Part shown: piece by piece, positions 40,368 through 54,900 of the stretch | Layout: the number at the start of each line of letters is the position of its first letter | Numbering within the stretch: the first letter of the stretch is position 1 | Assembly (NCBI GenBank): GCA_964057225.1 | Contig: OZ059899.1 | Span: forward strand, 3,038,001 to 3,102,000 | Reading direction: 5' to 3' | DNA length: 64,000 bases | DNA from: Auanema rhodensis | Taxonomy: Eukaryota > Animalia > Nematoda | Notes under the pieces: generated by a model | The model's database searches: none | The model's input: only the letters and a program-made list of their open reading frames with translations | What the model was told of the DNA's origin: nothing | Translations under genes and position numbers: made by a program

Positions 40368-43300
40368 GAAGAATTAATTTTTTCGTTGAATAACATTGTC
40401 CATCGTCTTTGCCTTGAAAAATGGAATCTAAAAACATCTATTTTTTGTTAAATTATTTTGAAATTTTTCGAAAAAATTTTTGTCAAAATGTTTTTGGAAG
40501 CAATGTTGAGTGTACATGGAAACTCAACATACACTAATGCATCATTTTTAAAACGATCATAACTAATTTTTGTATCAAGCGTTTCTCAATGTAGTATAGT
40601 GCATTCGATGCGGATTTTTAAGCTGCGTCGATCTGTGTTATCAGATTTGCGCTAGCTTAAAAATGCACCGAGATATCAACTGATATAAGTTCACACTTAT
40701 ATCCTCGATTTTCACCCTGAAGAATTAATTTTTTCGTTGAATAACATTGTCCATCGTCTTTGCCTTGAAAAATGGAATCTAAAAACATCTACTTTTTGCT
40801 AAATTATTTTGAAATTTTTCGAAAAAATTTTTGTCAAAATGTTTTTGGAAGCAATGTTGAGTGTACATGGAAACTCAACATACACTAATGCATCATTTTT
40901 CAAACGATCATAACTAATTTTTGTATCAAGCGTTTCTCAATGTAGTATAGTGCATTCGATGCGGATTTTTAAGCTGCGTCGATCTGTGTTATCAGATTTG
41001 CGCTAGCTTAAAAATGCACCGAGATATCAACTGATATAAGTTCACACTTATATCCTCGATTTTCACCCTGAAGAAATAATTTTTTCGTTGAATAACATTG
41101 TCCATCGTCTTTGCCTTGAAAAAAGGAATCTAAAAACATCTACTTTTTGCTAAATTATTCTGAAATTTTTCGAAAAAATTTTTGTCAAAATGTTTTTGGA
41201 AACAATGTTGAGTGTACATGGAAACTCAACATACACTAATGCATCATTTTTCAAACGATCATAACTAATTTTTGTATTAAGCGTTTTTCAATGTAGTATA
41301 GTGCATTCGATGCGGATTTTTAAGCTGCGTCGATCAGTGTTATCCGATTTGCGCTAGCTTAAAAATGCACCGAGATATCAACTGATATAAGTTCACACTT
41401 ATATCCTCGATTTTCACCCTGAAGAATTAATTTTTTCGTTGAATAACATTGTCCATCGTCTTTGCCTTGAAAAATGGAATCTAAAAACATCTATTTTTTG
41501 TTAAATTATTTTGAAATTTTTCGAAAAAATTTTTGTCAAAATGTTTTTGGAAGCAATGTTGAGTGTACATGGAAACTCAACATACACTAATGCATCATTT
41601 TTAAAACGATCATAACTAATTTTTGTATCAAGCGTTTCTCAATGTAGTATAGTGCATTCGATGCGGATTTTTAAGCTGCGTCGATCAGTGTTATCAGATT
41701 TGCGCTAGCTTAAAAATGCACCGAGATATCAACTGATATAAGTTCACACTTATATCCTCGATTTTCACCCTGAAGAATTAATTTTTTCGTTGAATAACAT
41801 TGTCCATCGTCTTTGCCTTGAAAAATGGAATCTAAAAACATCTACTTTTTGCTAAATTATTTTGAAATTTTTCGAAAAAATTTTTGTCAAAATGTTTTTG
41901 GAAGCAATGTTGAGTGTACATGGAAACTCAACATACACTAATGCATCATTTTTCAAACGATCATAACTAATTTTTGTATCAAGCGTTTCTCAATGTAGTA
42001 TAGTGCATTCGATGCGGATTTTTAAGCTGCGTCGATCTGTGTTATCAGATTTGCGCTAGCTTAAAAATGCACCGAGATATCAACTGATATAAGTTCACAC
42101 TTATATCCTCGATTTTCACCCTGAAGAAATAATTTTTTCGTTGAATAACATTGTCCATCGTCTTTGCCTTGAAAAAAGGAATCTAAAAACATCTACTTTT
42201 TGCTAAATTATTCTGAAATTTTTCGAAAAAATTTTTGTCAAAATGTTTTTGGAAACAATGTTGAGTGTACATGGAAACTCAACATACACTAATGCATCAT
42301 TTTTCAAACGATCATAACTAATTTTTGTATTAAGCGTTTTTCAATGTAGTATAGTGCATTCGATGCGGATTTTTAAGCTGCGTCGATCAGTGTTATCCGA
42401 TTTGCGCTAGCTTAAAAATGCACCGAGATATCAACTGATATAAGTTCACACTTATATCCTCGATTTTCACCCTGAAGAATTAATTTTTTCGTTGAATAAC
42501 ATTGTCCATCGTCTTTGCCTTGAAAAATGGAATCTAAAAACATCTATTTTTTGTTAAATTATTTTGAAATTTTTCGAAAAAATTTTTGTCAAAATGTTTT
42601 TGGAAGCAATGTTGAGTGTACATGGAAACTCAACATACACTAATGCATCATTTTTCAAACGATCATAACTAATTTTTGTATAAAGCGTTTCTCAATGTAG
42701 TATAGTGCATTCGATGCGGATTTTTAAGCTGCGTCGATCTGTGTTATCAGATTTGCGCTAGCTTAAAAATGCACCGAGATATCAACTGATATAAGTTCAC
42801 ACTTATATCCTCGATTTTCACCCTGAAGAATTAATTTTTTCGTTGAATAACATTGTCCATCGTCTTTGCCTTGAAAAATGGAATCTAAAAACATCTACTT
42901 TTTGCTAAATTATTTTGAAATTTTTCGAAAAAATTTTTGTCAAAATGTTTTTGGAAGCAATGTTGAGTGTACATGGAAACTCAACATACACTAATGCATC
43001 ATTTTTCAAACGATCATAACTAATTTTTGTATCAAGCGTTTCTCAATGTAGTATAGTGCATTCGATGCGGATTTTTAAGCTGCGTCGATCTGTGTTATCA
43101 GATTTGCGCTAGCTTAAAAATGCACCGAGATATCAACTGATATAAGTTCACACTTATATCCTCGATTTTCACCCTGAAGAAATAATTTTTTCGTTGAATA
43201 ACATTGTCCATCGTCTTTGCCTTGAAAAAAGGAATCTAAAAACATCTACTTTTTGCTAAATTATTCTGAAATTTTTCGAAAAAATTTTTGTCAAAATGTT

Positions 43301-43877
43301 TTTGGAAACAATGTTGAGTGTACATGGAAACTCAACATACACTAATGCATCATTTTTCAAACGATCATAACTAATTTTTGTATAAAGCGTTTCTCAATGT
43401 AGTATAGTGCATTCGATGCGGATTTTTAAGCTGCGTCGATCTGTGTTATCAGATTTGCGCTAGCTTAAAAATGCACCGAGATATCAACTGATATAAGTTC
43501 ACACTTATATCCTCGATTTTCACCCTGAAGAATTAATTTTTTCGTTGAATAACATTGTCCATCGTCTTTGCCTTGAAAAATGGAATCTAAAAACATCTAC
43601 TTTTTGCTAAATTATTTTGAAATTTTTCGAAAAAATTTTTGTCAAAATGTTTTTGGAAGCAATGTTGAGTGTACATGGAAACTCAACATACACTAATGCA
43701 TCATTTTTCAAACGATCATAACTAATTTTTGTATCAAGCGTTTCTCAATGTAGTATAGTGCATTCGATGCGGATTTTTAAGCTGCGTCGATCTGTGTTAT
43801 CAGATTTGCGCTAGCTTAAAAATGCACCGAGATATCAACTGATATAAGTTCACACTTATATCCTCGATTTTCACCCT

Positions 43878-44215
43878 GAAGAAATAATTTTTTCGTTGAA
43901 TAACATTGTCCATCGTCTTTGCCTTGAAAAATGGAATCTAAAAACATCTATTTTTTGTTAAATTATTTTGAAATTTTTGTCAAAATGTTTTTGGAAGCAA
44001 TGTTGAGTGTACATGGAAACTCAACATACACTAATGCATCATTTTTCAAACGATCATAACTAATTTTTGTATTAAGCGTTTTTCAATGTAGTATAGTGCA
44101 TTCGATGCGGATTTTTAAGCTGCGTCGATCAGTGTTATCAGATTTGCGCTAGCTTAAAAATGCACCGAGATATCAACTGATATAAGTTCACACTTATATC
44201 CTCGATTTTCACCCT
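43878..44215 (+). repeat. Shortened monomer (338 bp) with a 13-bp deletion
   Basis: It reads ttttgaaatttttgtcaaaa instead of ttttgaaatttttcgaaaaaatttttgtcaaaa; the next monomer starts at 44216. Confidence 0.92.
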
Positions 44216-45970
44216 GAAGAATTAATTTTTTCGTTGAATAACATTGTCCATCGTCTTTGCCTTGAAAAATGGAATCTAAAAACATCTATTTTTTGTTAAA
44301 TTATTTTGAAATTTTTCGAAAAAATTTTTGTCAAAATGTTTTTGGAAGCAATGTTGAGTGTACATGGAAACTCAACATACACTAATGCATCATTTTTCAA
44401 ACGATCATAACTAATTTTTGTATAAAGCGTTTCTCAATGTAGTATAGTGCATTCGATGCGGATTTTTAAGCTGCGTCGATCTGTGTTATCAGATTTGCGC
44501 TAGCTTAAAAATGCACCGAGATATCAACTGATATAAGTTCACACTTATATCCTCGATTTTCACCCTGAAGAATTAATTTTTTCGTTGAATAACATTGTCC
44601 ATCGTCTTTGCCTTGAAAAATGGAATCTAAAAACATCTACTTTTTGCTAAATTATTTTGAAATTTTTCGAAAAAATTTTTGTCAAAATGTTTTTGGAAGC
44701 AATGTTGAGTGTACATGGAAACTCAACATACACTAATGCATCATTTTTCAAACGATCATAACTAATTTTTGTATCAAGCGTTTCTCAATGTAGTATAGTG
44801 CATTCGATGCGGATTTTTAAACTGCGTCGATCTGTGTTATCAGATTTGCGCTAGCTTAAAAATGCACCGAGATATCAACTGATATAAGTTCACACTTATA
44901 TCCTCGATTTTCACCCTGAAGAAATAATTTTTTCGTTGAATAACATTGTCCATCGTCTTTGCCTTGAAAAAAGGAATCTAAAAACATCTACTTTTTGCTA
45001 AATTATTCTGAAATTTTTCGAAAAAATTTTTGTCAAAATGTTTTTGGAAACAATGTTGAGTGTACATGGAAACTCAACATACACTAATGCATCATTTTTC
45101 AAACGATCATAACTAATTTTTGTATAAAGCGTTTCTCAATGTAGTATAGTGCATTCGATGCGGATTTTTAAGCTGCGTCGATCTGTGTTATCAGATTTGC
45201 GCTAGCTTAAAAATGCACCGAGATATCAACTGATATAAGTTCACACTTATATCCTCGATTTTCACCCTGAAGAACTAATTTTTTCGTTGAATAACATTGT
45301 CCATCGTCTTTGCCTTGAAAAAAGGAATCTAAAAACATCTACTTTTTGCTAAATTATCTTGAAATTTTTCGAAAAAATTTTTGTCAAAATGTTTTTGGAA
45401 ACAATGTTGAGTGTACATGGAAACTCAACATACACTAATGCATCATTTTTCAAACGATCATAACTAATTTTTGTATTAAGCGTTTCTCAATGTAGTATAG
45501 TGCATTCGATGCGGATTTTTAAGCTGCGTCGATCTGTGTTATCAGATTTGCGCTAGCTTAAAAATGCACCGAGATATCAACTGATATAAGTTCACACTTA
45601 TATCCTCGATTTTCACCCTGAAGAAATAATTTTTTCGTTGAATAACATTGTCCATCGTCTTTGCCTTGAAAAAAGGAATCTAAAAACATCTACTTTTTGC
45701 TAAATTATTTTGAAATTTTTCGAAAAAATTTTTGTCAAAATGTTTTTGGAAACAATGTTGAGTGTACATGGAAACTCAACATACACTAATGCATCATTTT
45801 TCAAACGATCATAACTAATTTTTGTATTAAGCGTTTCTCAATGTAGTATAGTGCATTCGATGCGGATTTTTAAGCTACGTCGATCTGTGTTATCAGATTT
45901 GCGCTAGCTTAAAAATGCACCGAGATATCAACTGATATAAGTTCACACTTATATCCTCGATTTTCACCCT

Positions 45971-48900
45971 GAAGAATTAATTTTTTCGTTGAATAACATT
46001 GTCCATCGTCTTTGCCTTGAAAAATGGAATCTAAAAACATCTACTTTTTGCTAAATTATTTTGAAATTTTTCGAAAAAATTTTTGTCAAAATGTTTTTGG
46101 AAGCAATGTTGAGTGTACATGGAAACTCAACATACACTAATGCATCATTTTTCAAACGATCATAACTAATTTGTGTATCGAGCGTTTCTCAATGTAGTAT
46201 AGTGCATTCGATGCGGATTTTTAAGCTACGTCGATCTGTGTTATCAGATTTGCGCTAGCTTAAAAATGCACCGAGATATCAACTGATATAAGTTTACACT
46301 TATATCCTCGATTTTCACCCTGAAGAATTAATTTTTTCGTTGAATAACATTGTCCATCGTCTTTGCCTTGAAAAAAGGAATCTAAAAACATCTACTTTTT
46401 GCTAAATTATTTTGAAATTTTTCGAAAAAATTTTTGTCAAAATGTTTTTGGAAGCAATGTTGAGTGTACATGGAAACTCAACATACACTAATGCATCATT
46501 TTTCAAACGATCATAACTAATTTTTGTATTAAGCGTTTCTCAATGTAGTATAGTGCATTCGATGCGGATTTTTAAGCTGCGTCGATCTGTGTTATCAGAT
46601 TTGCGCTAGCTTAAAAATGCACCGAGATATCAACTGATATAAGTTTAAACTTATATCCTCGATTTTCACCCTGAAGAATTAATTTTTTCGTTAAATAACA
46701 TTGTCCATCGTCTTTGCCTTGAAAAAAGGAATTTAAAAACATCTACTTTTTGCTAAATTATTTTGAAATTTTTCGAAAAAATTTTTGTCAAAATGTTTTT
46801 GGAAGCAATGTTGAGTGTACATGGAAACTCAACATACACTAATGCATCATTTTTCAAACGATCATAACTAATTTTTGTATTAAGCGTTCTTCTATGTAGT
46901 ATAGTGCATTCGATGCGGATTTTTAAGCTGCGTCGATCTGTGTTATCAGATTTGCGCTAGCTTAAAAATGCACCGAGATATCAACTGATATAAGTTCACA
47001 CTTATATCCTCGATTTTCACCCTGAAGAATTAATTTTTTCGTTGAATAACATGGTCCATCGTCTTTGCCTTGAAAAAAGGAATCTAAAAACATCTACTTT
47101 TTGCTAAATTATTTTGAAATTTTTCGAAAAAATTTTTGTCAAAATGTTTTTGGAAGCAATGTTGAGTGTACATGGAAACTCAACATACACTAATGCATCA
47201 TTTTTCAAACGATCATAACTAATTTTTGTATTAAGCGTTTCTCAATGTAGTATAGTGCATTCGATGCGGATTTTTAAGCTGCGTCGATCTGTGTTATCAG
47301 ATTTGCGCTAGCTTAAAAATGCACCGAGATATCAACTGATATAAGTTTACACTTATATCCTCGATTTTCACCCTGAAGAATTAATTTTTTCGTTAAATAA
47401 CATTGTCCATCGTCTTTGCCTTGAAAAAAGGAATCTAAAAACATCTACTTTTTGCTAAATTATTTTGAAATTTTTCGAAAAAATTTTTGTCAAAATGTTT
47501 TTGGAAGCAATGTTGAGTGTACATGGAAACTCAACATACACTAATGCATCATTTTTCAAACGATCATAACTAATTTTTGTATTAAGCGTTTCTCAATGTA
47601 GTATAGTGCATTCGATGCGGATTTTTAAGCTGCGTCGATCTGTGTTATCAGATTTGCGCTAGCTTAAAAATGCACCGAGATATCAACTGATATAAGTTTA
47701 AACTTATATCCTCGATTTTCACCCTGAAGAATTAATTTTTTCGTTAAATAACATTGTCCATCGTCTTTGCCTTGAAAAAAGGAATTTAAAAACATCTACT
47801 TTTTGCTAAATTATTTTGAAATTTTTCGAAAAAATTTTTGTCAAAATGTTTTTGGAAGCAATGTTGAGTGTACATGGAAACTCAACATACACTAATGCAT
47901 CATTTTTCAAACGATCATAACTAATTTTTGTATTAAGCGTTCTTCTATGTAGTATAGTGCATTCGATGCGGATTTTTAAGCTGCGTCGATCTGTGTTATC
48001 AGATTTGCGCTAGCTTAAAAATGCACCGAGATATCAACTGATATAAGTTCACACTTATATCCTCGATTTTCACCCTGAAGAATTAATTTTTTCGTTGAAT
48101 AACATGGTCCATCGTCTTTGCCTTGAAAAAAGGAATCTAAAAACATCTACTTTTTGCTAAATTATTTTGAAATTTTTCGAAAAAATTTTTGTCAAAATGT
48201 TTTTGGAAGCAATGTTGAGTGTACATGGAAACTCAACATACACTAATGCATCATTTTTCAAACGATCATAACTAATTTTTGTATTAAGCGTTTCTCAATG
48301 TAGTATAGTGCATTCGATGCGGATTTTTAAGCTGCGTCGATCTGTGTTATCAGATTTGCGCTAGCTTAAAAATGCACCGAGATATCAACTGATATAAGTT
48401 CACACTTATATCCTCGATTTTCACCCTGAAGAATTAATTTTTTCGTTGAATAACATTGTCCATCGTCTTTGCCTTGAAAAAAGGAATCTAAAAACATCTA
48501 CTTTTTGCTAAATTATTTTGAAATTTTTCGAAAAAATTTTTGTCAAAATGTTTTTGGAAGCAATGTTGAGTGTAAATGGAAACTCAACATACACTAATGC
48601 ATCATTTTTCAAACGATCATAACTAATTTTTGTATTAAGCGTTTCTCAATGTAGTATAGTGCATTCGATGCGGATTTTTAAGCTGCGTCGATCTGTGTTA
48701 TCAGATTTGCGCTAGCTTAAAAATGCACCGAGATATCAACTGATATAAGTTTACACTTATATCCTCGATTTTCACCCTGAAGAATTAATTTTTTCGTTAA
48801 ATAACATTGTCCATCGTCTTTGCCTTGAAAAAAGGAATCTAAAAACATCTACTTTTTGCTAAATTATTTTGAAATTTTTCGAAAAAATTTTTGTCAAAAT

Positions 48901-51900
48901 GTTTTTGGAAGCAATGTTGAGTGTACATGGAAACTCAACATACACTAATGCATCATTTTTCAAACGATCATAACTAATTTTTGTATTAAGCGTTTCTCAA
49001 TGTAGTATAGTGCATTCGATGCGGATTTTTAAGCTGCGTCGATCTGTGTTATCAGATTTGCGCTAGCTTAAAAATGCACCGAGATATCAACTGATATAAG
49101 TTCACACTTATATCCTCGATTTTCACCCTGAAGAATTAATTTTTTCGTTGAATAACATTGTCCATCGTTTTTGCCTTGAAAAAAGGAATCTAAAAACATC
49201 TACTGTTTGCTAAATTATTTTGAAATTTTTCGAAAAAATTTTTGTCAAAATGTTTTTGGAAGCAATGTTGAGTGTACATGGAAACTCAACATACACTAAT
49301 GCATCATTTTTCAAACGATCATAACTAATTTTTGTATTAAGCGTTTCTCAATGTAGTATAGTGCATTCGATGCGGATTTTTAAGCTGCGTCGATCTGTGT
49401 TATCAGATTTGCGCTAGCTTAAAAATGCACCGAGATATCAACTGATATAAGTTCACACTTATATCCTCGATTTTCACCCTGAAGAAATAATTTTTTCGTT
49501 GAATAACATTGTCCATCGTCTTTGCCTTGAAAAAAGGAATCTAAAAACATCTACTTTTTGCTAAATTATTTTGAAATTTTTCGAAAAAATTTTTGTCAAA
49601 ATGTTTTTGGAAGCAATGTTGAGTGTACATGGAAACTCAACATACACTAATGCATCATTTTTCAAACGATCATAACTAACTTTTGTATTAAGCGTTTCTC
49701 AATGTAGTATAGTGCATTCGATGCGGATTTTTAAGCTGCGTCGATCTGTGTTATCAGATTTGCGCTAGCTTAAAAATGCACCGAGATATCAACTGATATA
49801 AGTTTACACTTATATCCTCGATTTTCACCCTGAAGAATTAATTTTTTCGTTGAATAACATTGTCCATCGTCTTTGCCTTGAAAAAAAGAATCTAAAAACA
49901 TCTACTTTTTGCTAAATTATTTTGAAATTTTTCGAAAAAATTTTTGTCAAAATGTTTTTGGAAGCAATGTTGAGTGTACATGGAAACTCAACATACACTA
50001 ATGCATCATTTTTCAAACGATCATAACTAATTTTTGTATTAAGCGTTTCTCAATGTAGTATAGTGCATTCGATGCGGATTTTTAAGCTGCGTCGATCTGT
50101 GTTATCAGATTTGCGCTAGCTTAAAAATGCACCGAGATATCAACTGATATAAGTTTACACTTATATCCTCGATTTTCACCCTGAAGAATTAATTTTTTCG
50201 TTGAATAACATTGTCCATCGTCTTTGCCTTGAAAAAAGGAATCTAAAAACATCTACTTTTTGCTAAATTATTTTGAAATTTTTCGAAAAAATTTTTGTCA
50301 AAATGTTTTTGGAAGCAATGTTGAGTGTACATGGAAACTAAACATACACTAATGCATCATTTTTCAAACGATCATAACTAATTTTTGTATTAAGCGTTTC
50401 TCAATGTAGTATAGTGCATTCGATGCGGATTTTTAAGCTGCGTCGATCTGTGTTATCAGATTTGCGCTAGCTTAAAAATGTACCGAGATATCAACTGATA
50501 TAAGTTCACACTTATATCCTCGATTTTCACCCTGAAGAATTAATTTTTTCGTTAAATAACATTGTCCATCGTCTTTGCCTTGAAAAAAGGAATCTAAAAA
50601 CATCTACTTTTTGCTAAATTATTTTGAAATTTTTCGAAAAAATTTTTGTCAAAATGTTTTTGGAAGCAATGTTGAGTGTACATGGAAACTCAACATACAC
50701 TAATGCATCATTTTTCAAACGATCATAACTAATTTTTGTATTAAGCGTTCTTCCATGTAGTATAGTGCATTCGATGCGGATTTTCAAGCTGCATCGATCT
50801 GTGTTATCAGATTTGCGCTAGCTTAAAAATGTACCGAGATATCAACTGATATAAGTTCACACTTATATCCTCGATTTTCACCCTGAAGAATTAATTTTTT
50901 CGTTGAATAACATTGTCCATCGTCTTTGCCTTAAAAAAAAGAATCTAAAAACATCTACTTTTTGCTAAATTATTTTGAAATTTTTCGAAAAAATTTTTGT
51001 CAAAATGTTTTTGGAAGCAATGTTGAGTGTACATGGAAACTCAACATACACTAATGCATCATTTTTCAAACGATCATAACTAATTTTTGTATTAAGCGTT
51101 TCTCAATGTAGTATAGTGCATTCGATGCGGATTTTTAAGCTGCGTCGATCTGTGTTATCAGATTTGCGCTAGCTTAAAAATGTACCGAGATATCAACTGA
51201 TATAAGTTCACACTTATATCCTCGATTTTCACCCTGAAGAATTAATTTTTTCGTTAAATAACATTGTCCATCGTCTTTGCCTTGAAAAAAGGAATCTAAA
51301 AACATCTACTTTTTGCTAAATTATCTTGAAATTTTTCGAAAAAATTTTTGTCAAAATGTTTTTGGAAGCAATGTTGAGTGTACATGGAAACTCAACATAC
51401 ACTAATGCATCATTTTTCAAAGGATCATAACTAATTTTTGTATTAAGCGTTTCTCAATGTAGTATAGTGCATTCGATGCGGATTTTTAAGCTGCGTCGAT
51501 CTGTGTTATCAGATTTGCGCTAGCTTAAAAATGCACCGAGATATCAACTGATATAAGTTTACACTTATATCCTCGATTTTCACCCTGAAGAATTTATTTT
51601 TTCGTTGAATAACATTGTCCATCGTCTTTGCCTTGAAAAAAGGAATCTAAAAACATCTACTTTTTGCTAAATTATTTTGAAATTTTTCGAAAAAATTTTT
51701 GTCAAAATGTTTTTGGAAGCAATGTTGAGTGTAAATGGAAACTCAACATACACTAATGCATCATTTTTCAAACGATCATAACTAATTTTTGTATTAAGCG
51801 TTTCTCAATGTAGTATAGTGCATTCGATGCGGATTTTTAAGCTGCGTCGATCTGTGTTATCAAATTTGCGCTAGCTTAAAAATGTACCGAGATATCAACT

Positions 51901-54900
51901 GATATAAGTTCACACTTATATCCTCGATTTTCACCCTGAAGAATTAATTTTTTCGTTGAATAACATTGTCCATCGTCTTTGCCTTGAAAAAAGGAATCTA
52001 AAAACATCTACTTTTTGCTAAATTATTTTGAAATTTTTCGAAAAAATTTTTGTCAAAATGTTTTTGGAAGCAATGTTGAGTGTACATGGAAACTCAACAT
52101 ACACTAATGCATCATTTTTCAAACGATCATAACTAATTTTTGTATTAAGCGTTTCTCAATGTAGTATAGTGCATTCGATGCGGATTTTTAAGCTGCGTCG
52201 ATCTGTGTTATCAGATTTGCGCTAGCTTAAAAATGCACCGAGATATCAACTGATATAAGTTTACACTTATATCCTCGATTTTCACCCTGAAGAAATAATT
52301 TTTTCGTTGAATAACATTGTCCATCGTCTTTGCCTTGAAAAAAGGAATCTAAAAACATCTACTTTTTGCTAAATTATCTTGAAATTTTTCGAAAAAATTT
52401 TTGTCAAAATGTTTTTGGAAGCAATGTTGAGTGTACATGGAAACTAAACATACACTAATGCATCATTTTTCAAACGATCATAACTAATTTTTGTATTAAG
52501 CGTTTCTCAATGTAGTATAGTGCATTCGATGCGGATTTTTAAGCTGCGTCGATCTGTGTTATCAGATTTGCGCAAGCTTAAAAATGTACCGAGATATCAA
52601 CTGATATAAGTTCACACTTATATCCTCGATTTTCACCCTGAAGAATTAATTTTTTCGTTAAATAACATTGTCCATCGTCTTTGCCTTGAAAAAAGGAATC
52701 TAAAAACATCTACTTTTTGCTAAATTATTTTGAAATTTTTCGAAAAAATTTTTGTCAAAATGTTTTTGGAAGCAATGTTGAGTGTACATGGAAACTCAAC
52801 ATACACTAATGCATCATTTTTCAAACGATCATAACTAATTTTTGTATTAAGCGTTCTTCCATGTAGTATAGTGCATTCGATGCGGATTTTTAAGCTGCAT
52901 CGATCTGTGTTATCAGATTTGCGCTAGCTTAAAAATGCACCGAGATATCAACTGATATAAGTTTACACTTATATCCTCGATTTTCACCCTGAAGAAATAA
53001 TTTTTTCGTTGAATAACATTGTCCATCGTCTTTGCCTTGAAAAAAGGAATCTAAAAACATCTACTTTTTGCTAAATTATCTTGAAATTTTTCGAAAAAAT
53101 TTTTGTCAAAATGTTTTTGGAAGCAATGTTGAGTGTACATGGAAACTAAACATACACTAATGCATCATTTTTCAAACGATCATAACTAATTTTTGTATTA
53201 AGCGTTTCTCAATGTAGTATAGTGCATTCGATGCGGATTTTTAAGCTGCGTCGATCTGTGTTATCAGATTTGCGCAAGCTTAAAAATGTACCGAGATATC
53301 AACTGATATAAGTTCACACTTATATCCTCGATTTTCACCCTGAAGAATTAATTTTTTCGTTAAATAACATTGTCCATCGTCTTTGCCTTGAAAAAAGGAA
53401 TCTAAAAACATCTACTTTTTGCTAAATTATTTTGAAATTTTTCGAAAAAATTTTTGTCAAAATGTTTTTGGAAGCAATGTTGAGTGTACATGGAAACTCA
53501 ACATACACTAATGCATCATTTTTCAAACGATCATAACTAATTTTTGTATTAAGCGTTCTTCCATGTAGTATAGTGCATTCGATGCGGATTTTTAAGCTGC
53601 ATCGATCTGTGTTATCAGATTTGCGCTAGCTTAAAAATGTACCGAGATATCAACTGATATAAGTTCACACTTATATCCTCGATTTTCACCCTGAAGAATT
53701 AATTTTTTCGTTGAATAACATTGTCCATCGTCTTTGCCTTAAAAAAAAGAATCTAAAAACATCTACTTTTTGCTAAATTATTTTGAAATTTTTCGAAAAA
53801 ATTTTTGTCAAAATGTTTTTGGAAGCAATGTTGAGTGTACATGGAAACTCAACATACACTAATGCATCATTTTTCAAACGATCATAACTAATTTTTGTAT
53901 TAAGCGTTTCTCAATGTAGTATAGTGCATTCGATGCGGATTTTTAAGCTGCGTCGATCTGTGTTATCAGATTTGCGCTAGCTTAAAAATGTACCGAGATA
54001 TCAACTGATATAAGTTCACACTTATATCCTCGATTTTCACCCTGAAGAATTAATTTTTTCGTTAAATAACATTGTCCATCGTCTTTGCCTTGAAAAAAGG
54101 AATCTAAAAACATCTACTTTTTGCTAAATTATTTTGAAATTTTTCGAAAAAATTTTTGTCAAAATGTTTTTGGAAGCAATGTTGAGTGTACATGGAAACT
54201 CAACATACACTAATGCATCATTTTTCAAACGATCATAACTAATTTTTGTATTAAGCGTTTCTCAATGTAGTATAGTGCATTCGATGCGGATTTTTAAGCT
54301 GCGTCGATCTGTGTTATCAGATTTGCGCTAGCTTAAAAATGCACCGAGATATCAACTGATATAAGTTTACACTTATATCCTCGATTTTCACCCTGAAGAA
54401 TTAATTTTTTCGTTGAATAACATTGTCCATCGTCTTTGCCTTGAAAAAAGGAATCTAAAAACATCTACTTTTTGCTAAATTATTTTGAAATTTTTCGAAA
54501 AAATTTTTGTCAAAATGTTTTTGGAAGCAATGTTGAGTGTACATGGAAACTCAACATACACTAATGCATCATTTTTCAAACGATCATAACTAATTTTTGT
54601 ATTAAGCGTTCTTCCATGTAGTATAGTGCATTCGATGCGGATTTTTAAGCTGCGTCGATCTGTGTTATCAGATTTGCGCTAGCTTAAAAATGTACCGAGA
54701 TATCAACTGATATAAGTTCACACTTATATCCTCGATTTTCACCCTGAAGAATTAATTTTTTCGTTGAATAACATTGTCCATCGTCTTTGCCTTAAAAAAA
54801 AGAATCTAAAAACATCTACTTTTTGCTAAATTATTTTGAAATTTTTCGAAAAAATTTTTGTCAAAATGTTTTTGGAAGCAATGTTGAGTGTACATGGAAA

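Larger units (their letters stand above)
19305..45970 (+). repeat. Sub-family domain B (monomers 56-131)
   Basis: Allele ggaaAcaatg first seen at ~19437 and last at ~45752. Also ctaTtttttgTt, gtatCaagCg, cgtttTtcaa with gatcAgtg, ctaaTaac, tttttAaaacg and gtatAaagcg. Confidence 0.8.
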
